Positions 9,465-18,306 of a stretch of 64,000 nt of DNA are shown here, in pieces. Origin of the DNA: a virus; the IMG/VR virus record IMGVR_UViG_3300046517_001303; one strand, 5' to 3'. Position numbers and translations under genes: made by a program. Numbering within the stretch: the first letter of the stretch is position 1; every line of letters starts with the position of its first letter. A model generated the notes under the pieces. That model worked only from the letters and a program-made list of their open reading frames with translations. It ran no database searches and was not told the origin of the DNA.

Positions 9465-10075
9465 ACAGCAATCCATTCCGGCATTGGGTAATCGACGGCT
9501 GGGCCGACGTGTCCAATGTGGTTTTGCCGGTCCCAGAGTGGCCGCACTGGATTCGCTACCATTCCGCGTTCGAGCAGAAGCGAACGTGCGAGCGTCCAGA
9601 CCTCTTGCCATCCCGCCTTCGCTCTTTGATCGACCTCATGCGGTCGGCGGAAACGGGTGAAGAGATCGAAAAGATGACGCAGATGTACGGCATTGGGGCC
9701 GACCAGGACTTGCGCGGCGGCGGCTTGCACGTTACCGATCCGGGCGGGTTTCTCGGCGTCCACCTGGACTACCAGATTCATCCGCTCCGAAATTTAGAAC
9801 GGCGTCTGAACGCCGTCTTATTCCTGAACCCTCTCTGGGATAATTCCTGGGGCGGCGCGCTGGAGCTTTGGAACAGCGACGCCAGCCGGGCGGTCGTCAA
9901 AATCTACCCCGCCCCTGGCCGGCTGGTCCTATTCGAGTGCGGCGACGAGTCGTATCACGGCGTCCCCGCGCCGCTGGCGTGCCCCGAAGGCGTGTGCCGG
10001 GCGACCATCGCGACGGCGTTTCTGTCCGCGCCGCGCGGCCGGCGACGGGCGCTATTCGTCCCCGTCCGGGTGTGA
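9461..10075 (+). CDS. 2OG-Fe(II) oxygenase superfamily protein
   Basis: HxD...H facial triad candidates (GVHLDYQ ... SYHGV) and a WGG..ELW core; ATGA overlap with the methyltransferase gene. Confidence 0.6.
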   Translation: MNSNPFRHWVIDGWADVSNVVLPVPEWPHWIRYHSAFEQKRTCERPDLLPSRLRSLIDLMRSAETGEEIEKMTQMYGIGADQDLRGGGLHVTDPGGFLGVHLDYQIHPLRNLERRLNAVLFLNPLWDNSWGGALELWNSDASRAVVKIYPAPGRLVLFECGDESYHGVPAPLACPEGVCRATIATAFLSAPRGRRRALFVPVRV

Positions 10076-10321
10076 CAACCACTCCCTTATTCTCTTGGCC
10101 AGTTTCGCGGACGGCTTTCGGTTACCGCTCTCCACGTCGCACAGATAGGGCGCAGACACGCCGAGCGTCTTACCCATCTCCCGCAGAGTTTTTCCGCGCA
10201 TCTTCCGCACGATCTTGAGGCCCTCGCCGAACCCCAGCCTCAGCCGGACGGCGGCGGCATCTTCGACCTCTTGACACATCCGGGTCAGGACCGATTCGAC
10301 GGTGGATTTTTTTGTTCTCAT
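10052..10321 (-). CDS. XRE-family HTH transcriptional regulator (Cro/CI-like, 89 aa)
   Basis: LREMGKTLGVSAPYLCDVESGNRKPS is a classic HTH_3 signature; divergent from the rightward promoter. Confidence 0.75.
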   Translation of the reverse strand: MRTKKSTVESVLTRMCQEVEDAAAVRLRLGFGEGLKIVRKMRGKTLREMGKTLGVSAPYLCDVESGNRKPSAKLAKRIREWLSHPDGDE

Positions 10322-10334
10322 GTTAGCGTTCTAC

Positions 10335-10363
10335 TTGACAAACGCCAAAAAGTCAATAGTATT
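10335..10363 (+). promoter_or_regulatory. sigma70-like promoter TTGACA-N16-TAGTAT overlapping inverted repeat TTGAC-N12-GTCAA
   Basis: ttgacaaacgccaaaaagtcaatagtat; lies between the repressor gene and rightward genes. Confidence 0.35.
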
Positions 10364-10399
10364 ACGTCGGGACGCTGAAGATTCTCCAAGGAGCCAATC

Positions 10400-10567
10400 A
10401 TGACCGAAGAGATGTTTCCGACGCCGACCACTATTCCGGTGAAGAAGAAGTACGTCACCGGCATCTGGTGGAAGACGTCCTTCCAGAAACCGAACCGCGG
10501 CGGCGGCAGCGGCTCGAATAAGTCGAAGCGGATGCGGCAGAGCATCCGAAAAGGACCGCCAGCATGA
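10400..10567 (+). CDS. small basic protein (55 aa)
   Basis: strong RBS AAGGAG 7 nt upstream of the ATG; not in ORF track (<60 aa). Confidence 0.4.
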   Translation: MTEEMFPTPTTIPVKKKYVTGIWWKTSFQKPNRGGGSGSNKSKRMRQSIRKGPPA

Positions 10568-10674
10568 CCCGGATCATCGGTGACACGCTGCTCATGGTCT
10601 ACCCGCTGACCTACGGTCGCGCTCGGCTTGGCATTGGACCGGTCGGGACGCTGTGGTTCGACGAGGAATGGTGA
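10564..10674 (+). CDS. micro-ORF (36 aa)
   Basis: ATGA overlap with the previous small ORF. Confidence 0.2.
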   Translation: MTRIIGDTLLMVYPLTYGRARLGIGPVGTLWFDEEW

Positions 10675-10811
10675 TTCCCGGACCACGCCAGCGCCGTGCG
10701 TGCTATGGAGGCGTGGGACGGAACAGAGCCTTGCGGGTGGGATCGCCATCCCCACACCAACCGTTATCGGCCGGATGGCGACCCGGCCAGAGAGTACACA
10801 AGGGAGCAATA

Positions 10812-11597
10812 ATGGACGACCCGCAATTCGACCAAGACCACATCTATGAGCGCGAGATCATGCCGATCATCGACTCCGCCGCTCAGAAGTGCAAACTGCT
10901 CGGCATCCCGATGATCGCCGTCTTCTGCACCGGCATGAAGGGCAACGCGGTCCATCTGCGGACGACCACGACTGGTCGCGACGGATGGGCACCGAGCTGC
11001 TTCCACGCCATCCTGGACGTGATCCACGACGACAAGCCGCATGGCGATATGTGGGTGGCGTTCGGCCTAAACCCTGACACGAAGCGGTTCGGCATCCTGG
11101 CGGTCGGCGAAACCGAAGACGATACGCAGGCCGCGGCCGACAGCAGCAGCGAGAAATACGACGTTCCGGAAGTCAAGCTCTTCAACATCGGCCCCGATCC
11201 GACCGTCGCGGCAGAAGAGACCGCACAGTGGATGATGAGCCACGGATTGTCGCGGGCCAAGGCGAAAGAGGCAATGGCCGCTGTTTCCGTGAGGCTGCTC
11301 GAACTTGTCGCCGATCACAAGCCGAGGAAAATCGGCGCGTGGGCGGCAGGGGTGATCGACGGCCGGACCGTGACCGCGGTCGCAATTGGCACCTGCCGCG
11401 AGCAGGTCGAAGCTCGTGCCCTCCAGGCCGGGTTCCCGGACGCCGATATTCTCGACCTGAGCGGCGGCGAGGCCAAGGACGCCGCTGAAAAAATCCTCTG
11501 GTGGCTGGCCGATCACGGTTTCACGAGAGTCGAAGCGAAGCCGGTCGCACTGGACTTCGGCAAGCAAATGGCGACCCTGGCCCTGAAAGCGTCTTGA
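10812..11597 (+). CDS. hypothetical protein (261 aa)
   Basis: internal start MDDPQFDQ with RBS AAGGGAGcaataATG; upstream part of track ORF 10653-11597 looks non-coding. Confidence 0.5.
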   Translation: MDDPQFDQDHIYEREIMPIIDSAAQKCKLLGIPMIAVFCTGMKGNAVHLRTTTTGRDGWAPSCFHAILDVIHDDKPHGDMWVAFGLNPDTKRFGILAVGETEDDTQAAADSSSEKYDVPEVKLFNIGPDPTVAAEETAQWMMSHGLSRAKAKEAMAAVSVRLLELVADHKPRKIGAWAAGVIDGRTVTAVAIGTCREQVEARALQAGFPDADILDLSGGEAKDAAEKILWWLADHGFTRVEAKPVALDFGKQMATLALKAS

Positions 11598-11645
11598 TTG
11601 TCTACTCGCATCCAGGTAAGATAGGTTCGTCTGCATCGAACCTGG

Positions 11646-12182
11646 ATGCGAGGGACGGTTATGGCGGACATCGGTGGCGGCTGGACCTTCACTCCTGACG
11701 ACCCGCAAACGTACACGCTCACCAACGGCCCGAACCCATTCGCGCCGGAGCCGGGCGCACTTCTCACAACATTCAGTACCACTCGCTTAACCATCCCACC
11801 GTACCTGACCGTCGAGTGTTTCATCTTCACGGCCCCGATCCCGGCCGGCGGCACAGCGGCCGATCAGCGTCAGCTGATTGAGAATTGCCTCTTCGACAAA
11901 AAAACGTCGCTGCAACTGAGCCTCGTCAATGGCGGAACGGTGACAGCCGGGACCGGCGGGTGGGAGTGGCTTCAGGGCCGACTTTCCGCTCCGAAGTCTG
12001 ATACGCGGCAGACGACCGCGTTCGCGCTGAAATCCACGAACACCGGCGCGCCGAATGCGCTCGAAATCCTGATCGGCTGTACGGCGTCGTACTTGCACGT
12101 TAATGTCGGCGATTTGGCGGCGATTGACGCAACGACATTGGTCACGAACGGGTTGATTTCGTGCCTGACCCCACCGAGCTAA
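11646..12182 (+). CDS. hypothetical protein (178 aa)
   Basis: ORF with Gly/Thr-rich beta-type composition; alternative start MADIGGGW at ~11661. Confidence 0.4.
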   Translation: MRGTVMADIGGGWTFTPDDPQTYTLTNGPNPFAPEPGALLTTFSTTRLTIPPYLTVECFIFTAPIPAGGTAADQRQLIENCLFDKKTSLQLSLVNGGTVTAGTGGWEWLQGRLSAPKSDTRQTTAFALKSTNTGAPNALEILIGCTASYLHVNVGDLAAIDATTLVTNGLISCLTPPS

Positions 12183-12379
12183 CGCCGGAACCTTCCGTTA
12201 AGACGGAATTGATGTCAGCGATCCGCCGCGACATGGATCGCCTCACTCACATGTACCACGACGCCCGGCCGGAGGATCGGGCGCAAGTGGACGCGGCCCT
12301 GGCGCGGGAGCCAATCGGTCGCCGCTTACTCTTGAATCCGTGGCTTGTCGCGTTTTTGCAAGCACGGAGCCGCCCATGA
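12161..12379 (+). CDS. hypothetical protein (72 aa)
   Basis: ORF overlapping neighbours by short stretches. Confidence 0.3.
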   Translation: MPDPTELTPEPSVKTELMSAIRRDMDRLTHMYHDARPEDRAQVDAALAREPIGRRLLLNPWLVAFLQARSRP

Positions 12380-12626
12380 GAGTCACATGGAATCTCTCAT
12401 TGTCGCCCTGGTCGCACTCGTAATCTCGATCCTGTCGTTCATCTTGTCGGCAGCGGTCGCCGGATATATTCTGTGGCTGCGGAAGAAGAGACGCCCACGC
12501 AAGTCAAACGAAAGCGAACAGGAGTATCGGGAGTTTGAGAGAGACTGGTACGATTCCGACTACTGGTGGTCCGGCGGTCGCCGGCCCCGTTACGATAGCG
12601 ACAGCGACGAACCAAGGGAGTCATGA
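12345..12626 (+). CDS. small membrane protein, holin candidate
   Basis: one strong TM helix (LIVALVALVISILSFILSAAVAGYILWL) followed by charged tail; start may be internal MESLIV. Confidence 0.35.
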   Translation: MSRFCKHGAAHESHMESLIVALVALVISILSFILSAAVAGYILWLRKKRRPRKSNESEQEYREFERDWYDSDYWWSGGRRPRYDSDSDEPRES

Positions 12627-13096
12627 TGCCTGCAATCGCGACCCGCACCGAAGGCGACGATGACCGTCCCCGTCCAGCCGACTCTCACGTCGGGCCACCG
12701 CAAGCCATCGCAACAATCACGACAGCGCCGACTCCGAGCGGCCTGGCAGGATTCGGGGAGAGATTCGGCCCGTGGGCGCAAATGGGTATCGCCGGGGCGG
12801 GGCTGATCTTCTTTTACATGATCCTCAGCTCGCAGATTCACTCGGGCCAACAGCAACACAAAGACACGATGGACCTCGTGATTCGCACGCTGGACAGGGT
12901 CGAAAACAACCAGCAATCGAACCAGACGCAGTTCACGGCAATGCAGGTCGAGATGCGGTCGCGGCTGGCCGACAGCGACCGGAAGCACGAAGACCTCGTG
13001 AAAGAAATTAAAGCGGTCGGCGAGAAGAACGCGGAAGCGATGAACAAGAACACCGAAGCCATTCAAAAACTGCTCACTAAAATGCCGGGCAATTAG
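12623..13096 (+). CDS. membrane-anchored coiled-coil protein (spanin/holin-associated candidate)
   Basis: TM segment MGIAGAGLIFFYMILS followed by Q/E/K-rich helix. Confidence 0.4.
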   Translation: MMPAIATRTEGDDDRPRPADSHVGPPQAIATITTAPTPSGLAGFGERFGPWAQMGIAGAGLIFFYMILSSQIHSGQQQHKDTMDLVIRTLDRVENNQQSNQTQFTAMQVEMRSRLADSDRKHEDLVKEIKAVGEKNAEAMNKNTEAIQKLLTKMPGN

Positions 13097-13144
13097 CGGC
13101 ACAAGAAGTGCTGTATAGCTGCTATCACTTCGAGGAGTACCGTT

Positions 13145-13396
13145 ATGATCGGAATCGACACCATCGTCTATGTGATCGTCGGCCTTCTCGTGGGCGGGCT
13201 GATCCTCGCGCTGTTATGGTGGCTGGTCAACTACTGCGAGCAGCAGTTCCCCGGCGCTCCGCTTTTGTTCAAAGTGATCCGGATCGTCTTCGTCATTCTC
13301 GTGGTGCTGCTGCTCATCAGCATCTTGCTCCACTTGATCGGCGTGCCACTGATTCGCTTTGGACCTCCGGCTGGCAATGGGCTGGGGCGCGGATGA
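13145..13396 (+). CDS. small two-TM membrane protein, holin candidate (83 aa)
   Basis: IVYVIVGLLVGGLILALLWWLV and IVFVILVVLLLISILLHLIGV hydrophobic helices. Confidence 0.45.
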   Translation: MIGIDTIVYVIVGLLVGGLILALLWWLVNYCEQQFPGAPLLFKVIRIVFVILVVLLLISILLHLIGVPLIRFGPPAGNGLGRG

Positions 13397-13629
13397 TTAT
13401 TCTGCCAACCGAATCGGAAATCGCGAAGTTCGCACCGCCGCAGCTCGGTCGTCCCGACGATTTTCTCTTCGAGGACGACCGCGGTCTGCCGTGCGTCCGG
13501 AAGCCTGTCGGACTTTCCGGATGGCCTCTTCTTCCAGAAGGGTCGGCGAACACAGAAGTTTCACCAGTTCCAGACTCTTTTCCATTGGATGCTCCTGTAG
13601 CCTTACTTCCGTCAGCGCCGCTTCTATAA
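13393..13629 (+). CDS. hypothetical protein (78 aa, internal start of track ORF 13108-13629)
   Basis: ATGA overlap with previous gene at ~13393; weak. Confidence 0.25.
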   Translation: MIILPTESEIAKFAPPQLGRPDDFLFEDDRGLPCVRKPVGLSGWPLLPEGSANTEVSPVPDSFPLDAPVALLPSAPLL

Positions 13630-13666
13630 TCTTGACAGGTGTTTTCCCCTTCAAGGAGAGATTTTC

Positions 13667-14293
13667 ATGAAGTTTGCGCTACGGAACCTATCGCCAGAAA
13701 TCAAGATCGCCGTCCTGGGCCTAGCCGCTCTGCTGGTGTTCGCGACCCTTGGCCGCGGCGAAGACGCCCTGGCCGCGGCCAACGCCGAGCGGGCTGCACG
13801 CGGGCTGCCGCCGTTCCAGTACGACCCCGGTCTGGCTGCGGCGGCGGAAGCCGCGGCGACCTACCGGGCCAGCTACGGGATCGCGGGCCACACAGCGAAC
13901 GACTTCCAATTCCTACCCGCCGGCGCATCGGCCCCGGCCGCAGGCTGTGCGGCGTGGCCGGACGGCATGGGTTTCGGTTCCTGCTGCCTGCACGAATCAT
14001 GGACATACGCAGGTGCGGCAACGGTTCGCGGCCGGAACGGACTCCTGTTCCACCACCTGTTCGTGAGCCACCAGGCGAGCGCCGGCCAGCCACAAAAACT
14101 GCCGGCCCCAAAGCCGGTCCCGCCCGCGGTCACTCCGCCAGTGGCCAGCACATGTGGTGCCGCGACGGCGTGCGGGTCAATGACCGTTCGCCACACGCTG
14201 CACGTTCGGGAGCGGATCGCTGTGATTAATCCGCTGATCTATCAGCCGGTGCGGACCTTCTTCCGCGGCCGGTTCGGGCATCGGTGTGGGTGA
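13667..14293 (+). CDS. secreted CAP/SCP-like protein (signal peptide)
   Basis: N-terminal signal peptide; ...ANAERAARGLPPFQYDPGLAAAAEAAATYRA... resembles the CAP/PR-1 fold N-terminal motif. Confidence 0.4.
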   Translation: MKFALRNLSPEIKIAVLGLAALLVFATLGRGEDALAAANAERAARGLPPFQYDPGLAAAAEAAATYRASYGIAGHTANDFQFLPAGASAPAAGCAAWPDGMGFGSCCLHESWTYAGAATVRGRNGLLFHHLFVSHQASAGQPQKLPAPKPVPPAVTPPVASTCGAATACGSMTVRHTLHVRERIAVINPLIYQPVRTFFRGRFGHRCG

Positions 14294-14409
14294 GCGAGAC
14301 AAAGGTGTAATCACTAACACTTCGTCCCACGTCGTCGAATGTAGGTGTGATCGGTTCGACGGGATGGCTTTGGCCGGAACGTGGGCGGTTTTCCACCAGA
14401 GGCAACGCA

Positions 14410-14871
14410 ATGCGAACCCTTCTCGCGGCCCTTGCTCTCATCCTGACGCCGGCTGTTGCGTGGTCGCAAAACCACGGCCAGTGTCCGTGTCATGCCGGCG
14501 GCGGGCAATGCGTCTGCCAACCCGCGTCACGGTGCCCGAACTGCCCGCCGCAGGGCCGTGCCGCTCCGGCTTACCGCACGGTCGGATACGACAGCCGATT
14601 AGTCCAGGTCCAGCCTGGCGTGCGGGTGGTCTTAGCCTGCGCTCCGCCGTTGCGGGTGGATGTGATCCAGCAGGCACCAGTGCTACAGATTCGCGTCGAT
14701 CAGCCACGGATGTATGTGGTCGAGACCCCGATATTCATCGAGCCGCCAGTTTTTCTGCCAGAAGTTCGGTACTCTGTTCCGCAGACCACGGTGATTCGCC
14801 AGCGGACATACACCCCGCCGGTGTACCAGCTTCCGAGCTATAGTCGCACTGTCATTCGCTGCCGGACGTGA
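14410..14871 (+). CDS. secreted Cys-rich protein (signal peptide)
   Basis: MRTLLAALALILTPAVAWSQ signal peptide then CPCHAGGGQCVCQPASRCPNCPP; likely internal start of track ORF 14347-14871. Confidence 0.4.
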   Translation: MRTLLAALALILTPAVAWSQNHGQCPCHAGGGQCVCQPASRCPNCPPQGRAAPAYRTVGYDSRLVQVQPGVRVVLACAPPLRVDVIQQAPVLQIRVDQPRMYVVETPIFIEPPVFLPEVRYSVPQTTVIRQRTYTPPVYQLPSYSRTVIRCRT

Positions 14872-15066
14872 GGCAACTGACCGGCCCGGTCGGGCCAACG
14901 GTGAGTCATGATTCAAATCAACATCGAAAAGATGCTATACTGGCCCTACTGGTGTCGGTGCAAGGGCCGGGTCGTTTTTCACTTGGGGCGGATCGTTGAC
15001 TCGACCGCTCCCTTCGTGAAAGTTCCCCACCGACACATTTCCAACCCCCCTGATCTGGAGATCGCA

Positions 15067-15378
15067 ATGTTGACCGAGCAAACGTTCCTCGCCTCCGTGA
15101 CGTTCGCCGACTCGAAAGGCAAGCCGGCCAAAGTGGACGGCGCGCCGGTTTGGGCCACGGACAATTCTGACGTTCTGACCATCGCCCCCGCGGCCGATGG
15201 CATGTCCTGCCAGGTGACTTCGAGCATCATCGCCGGCGCGGCGAAGCTGAAGGTTTCTGCCGACGCCGACCTGGGCGCTGGCGTGGTCCTGATCGAAGGC
15301 ACCCTGGACGTGACTGTTGACGCTCGTCCGGCGACCAGCGTGGTCATCACCGCTGGCCCTGCGACCGATACGCCGTGA
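15067..15378 (+). CDS. bacterial Ig-like (Big_2-type) domain protein
   Basis: ...VTFADSKGKPAKVDGAPVWATDNSDVLTIAPAADGMSCQVTSSIIAGAAKLKVSAD... typical Big_2 beta-sandwich pattern. Confidence 0.45.
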   Translation: MLTEQTFLASVTFADSKGKPAKVDGAPVWATDNSDVLTIAPAADGMSCQVTSSIIAGAAKLKVSADADLGAGVVLIEGTLDVTVDARPATSVVITAGPATDTP

Positions 15379-15470
15379 CCTTTCGGGGCGGCGGTTGGGT
15401 GATGCTTGTGGGAAGTGTTCACCCGCTGCGTGTTGGGATCGCCGCCCCGAGATTCCTCTGAGGTACAACT

Positions 15471-15731
15471 ATGCACTACCGCAATGGCCGCGAGGCCAAA
15501 AACGGCGACAAGGTCGTATCTCTGGCCGGTTACGGGACCGGCCCGGTCAACATCAACGCGATTGGCATCCTCTACGACGCGGTGCCGGGAAACGACTACT
15601 GCAACGGCAGCATCGCCTCGATCCTTGGTGGTCCCGTGGTAGGCGCGTGCCTGTGCGATTGCCTGCACCTGGACGACGTGGCCGCACTGATCGTGGAAAA
15701 AGGACTCCACAAGCGACCCCCTGGCAAATGA
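15471..15731 (+). CDS. hypothetical protein (86 aa)
   Basis: RBS GAGGtacaactATG. Confidence 0.4.
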   Translation: MHYRNGREAKNGDKVVSLAGYGTGPVNINAIGILYDAVPGNDYCNGSIASILGGPVVGACLCDCLHLDDVAALIVEKGLHKRPPGK

Positions 15732-15740
15732 GGTCAACTC

Positions 15741-15968
15741 ATGTCTGACCGCCGATCTTCTGACCGCGATCCACCCATCGAAGTCCACGAGCGGTCGATG
15801 CTGCCGGTGCCGAGTTATGGCTGTCATCCGCCGCACGACGATCCGCTCGACCCGTTCTCGGACGACGACAGCAACAACGACGACGACACGGCCGACATTG
15901 AAGCGGCCTTGGAGAAACACGTCTTCGACCCAGCCCGCGTCGTCGTCTTGCCGGAGGGCCTTGAGTGA
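15741..15968 (+). CDS. acidic hypothetical protein (75 aa)
   Basis: ORF; Asp-rich. Confidence 0.35.
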   Translation: MSDRRSSDRDPPIEVHERSMLPVPSYGCHPPHDDPLDPFSDDDSNNDDDTADIEAALEKHVFDPARVVVLPEGLE

Positions 15969-16147
15969 GCGACGTTACGATCTATCAAGACCCGGAACTG
16001 ACCAAAGCCGCCGACGACTTCCTTGAAGGGATAAAGGGCGACTCTTGCGGAAGCGTCAATGGCGTACCGTTGTTCGTGGAATGGGTATTACGTCACGCTT
16101 TTGAGCGTGGCGTCGCATGGCAGCAATCGCGGGAGGCCCAAAAGTGA
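15965..16147 (+). CDS. hypothetical protein (60 aa)
   Basis: ATGA-type overlap with previous. Confidence 0.3.
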   Translation: MSDVTIYQDPELTKAADDFLEGIKGDSCGSVNGVPLFVEWVLRHAFERGVAWQQSREAQK

Positions 16148-16383
16148 CTTACATCATCGTATGCGGCGTGATCTTCGCCGCGTTCATCCTCACCGTGTTG
16201 TTCTTCGGCACGGCCAGCGACGACAAGAAGAACGCCTACCGTACCGAGCAGGCCAACAGCATACTGAGGCACCAGAACCGGATGCTGCTTGCGGAACTAG
16301 ATCGGCGTCGATATTATCCCGTTCCCGGAGACACCAGCCCTGTGGTTCTGGGGCCGTTCGGCAAGCCGGAGGACATTAAGTGA
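16117..16383 (+). CDS. small membrane protein
   Basis: TM helix TYIIVCGVIFAAFILTVLFFG. Confidence 0.3.
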   Translation: MAAIAGGPKVTYIIVCGVIFAAFILTVLFFGTASDDKKNAYRTEQANSILRHQNRMLLAELDRRRYYPVPGDTSPVVLGPFGKPEDIK

Positions 16384-16661
16384 CCCGCCTCTTTTCTCTC
16401 GTCGCCGTCGTCCTACTCGCGGCCCCGCTGTCGGCGCAGGACGACACATCCGATATTCAAGCAGAAATCATCGCACGGCAAGCCGCCGTGATCGCGCAGC
16501 AGCAAGTCGTGATCGACGGACTCCGGGCCGAGATTGCCGCTCTGAAACAGCCCATCGCTGCGGCCGGCGATTGTGGCCAGGCGGCATCGCAGGCTCAGAC
16601 GACCGGCGGGCGACTTCGATTGTTCGGTCGGCTTCGCGGACGACTCGGCGCATGTCAATAA
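16380..16661 (+). CDS. secreted coiled-coil protein (signal peptide)
   Basis: MTRLFSLVAVVLLAAPLSAQ signal peptide. Confidence 0.4.
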   Translation: MTRLFSLVAVVLLAAPLSAQDDTSDIQAEIIARQAAVIAQQQVVIDGLRAEIAALKQPIAAAGDCGQAASQAQTTGGRLRLFGRLRGRLGACQ

Positions 16662-16677
16662 TCCCTAAAGGTGAAAC

Positions 16678-18015
16678 TTGAAAAAGCGATTGTCTCTCTA
16701 CGCCGCTCTGCTCATCGGCACGCTGACGATCATCACGGGCGCGGCCGTCAGCCAGCCTCCCACCCCGCAACAGCAGATGGAGGCCAACCAGAAGATCATC
16801 CAAGACCTTCAGCAGCAACTCGCTGCGATGAAGGTCAATGCTCAGCAGCCGCCCGCCGCCCAGCCGCTTCCCAAAGGTCCAGCTCCGGCTCCAGCTGCAC
16901 CGCTGAAGGCCGGCATCAACGCCAAGACCGGCCTTCCGTTCCCACGCGGGGCCGTCAAGTCGCCACGCTACGTCCTGCAAGCCGCCCCAACGCACCGCGT
17001 CTCTCAAGCCGCACCTACTCAATTTGCTATCGTTCCAAAGCAATTGAGTATGTGGTACAACGGCACATATGGCGACTGCGTTACCGCCCAAGAGGCGTTT
17101 GCAAAGGCCGCGTGGTCGATCCAGTGCGGCCTGCCGGAGCTGTTCGTTCCCGATGCCGAAGTCAAGCGGTGGGCCAGCAAGTACGGGTTCCTCAATGGCG
17201 CAAATCTAACTGATGTGATGGACCAGATGGCCAAGGACGGCTTCAACGTCGGCGGCGTGAACTACAAGGACGGCAAGTATTCTGGCGTAGACTATAGCAA
17301 CGAGAGCGTACTCCAGAATGCGATCTTCACTGGACCCGTGAATATCGCCATCGACGCCAACGCCCTTCCGTCCGGCGCTGGCAACAACATGGGCTGGTAC
17401 TCGCTGGGCGGCGGGAACTTCCCCAACACCGACCACTGCGTCGCCCTCTGCGGCTACGGACCTGCCGAGTACCTTTACCAGCAGCTAGGGCTGGCCTGTC
17501 CGTCCGCGCTCGCCGGCAAGAAGGGGTATCTCTTGTTCACATGGAACACGATTGGATTCGTGTCTCATGAATGGATCATGGGAACGGTGGTCGAAGCGTG
17601 GGTCCGCAATCCGACGACACCTGGACAGACGCCGCCCGCTCCGCCAGCGACCGTGGCCGTTCCGAATGTTGTCGGGAAGACGTTGAAGGACGCCCAGGCG
17701 ATCATCATCGCGGCCGGCCTGAATTATGCCGGCCCGACGCCAGATGCGACGCTGGCGATCAGCGAGTCGCCGCCAGCTGGGACTCAGGTCGCGACCGGCT
17801 CGACGGTGACGGTGGTCGGCTCGGTCGTGCCGATCCCGCCGGTGCCGGGCAATATTACGATCACGCTGACCCAGGAGCAGGTGCAGTCGGTGATCGAACA
17901 GGCGGGGGCGATAGTGATTACCCCGACCACGACGATCCAGGAAGTTCTCGACAAGATCAACCGCGCCAAGGCTAAGGCCGCAACACTACCGGGTCCGAAA
18001 CCACTCGTCCCATAA
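16678..18015 (+). CDS. secreted papain-like cysteine peptidase with C-terminal PASTA domain; candidate endolysin
   Basis: signal peptide; catalytic-looking GDCVTAQEAF (Cys) and NTDHCVALCGYG (His); C-terminal VPNVVGKTLKDAQAIIIAAGLNYAG...TQVATGSTVTV is a PASTA-like fold; lies in the lysis block. Confidence 0.5.
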   Translation: MKKRLSLYAALLIGTLTIITGAAVSQPPTPQQQMEANQKIIQDLQQQLAAMKVNAQQPPAAQPLPKGPAPAPAAPLKAGINAKTGLPFPRGAVKSPRYVLQAAPTHRVSQAAPTQFAIVPKQLSMWYNGTYGDCVTAQEAFAKAAWSIQCGLPELFVPDAEVKRWASKYGFLNGANLTDVMDQMAKDGFNVGGVNYKDGKYSGVDYSNESVLQNAIFTGPVNIAIDANALPSGAGNNMGWYSLGGGNFPNTDHCVALCGYGPAEYLYQQLGLACPSALAGKKGYLLFTWNTIGFVSHEWIMGTVVEAWVRNPTTPGQTPPAPPATVAVPNVVGKTLKDAQAIIIAAGLNYAGPTPDATLAISESPPAGTQVATGSTVTVVGSVVPIPPVPGNITITLTQEQVQSVIEQAGAIVITPTTTIQEVLDKINRAKAKAATLPGPKPLVP

Positions 18016-18024
18016 GGAGCCATC

Positions 18025-18306
18025 GTGAAGCTGATTCAAACCGTCCACATGCGATCTGTGCTGCGTCGGATGCGGCGTGACGCGGCGACCCCGGAAGACG
18101 CCCGCGCGATCGACATCGCGCTGGGCGACGTCGATGTGTTCAACGCGCTGACCGAAGCCGTCAACGACGACGCCGCCTCCCCTGTGAAGATGACCGTCGG
18201 CGTGCCGCCACGCGGCGGGCTGATCGACATCCTCAACTGGCTCATCGCCAATATGCCCGCCATCCTCGCGTTCATTCAGGAAATTCTGAAGCTATTCGGA
18301 CTGTGA
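18025..18306 (+). CDS. hypothetical protein (93 aa)
   Basis: GTG start directly after upstream stop. Confidence 0.4.
   Translation: MKLIQTVHMRSVLRRMRRDAATPEDARAIDIALGDVDVFNALTEAVNDDAASPVKMTVGVPPRGGLIDILNWLIANMPAILAFIQEILKLFGL

Noticed and set aside
16671-17213. 180-aa ORF in alternate frame at start of the peptidase gene
   Set aside because: Arg/Ser/Ala-rich off-frame translation; the 16678 frame has a signal peptide and catalytic motifs.
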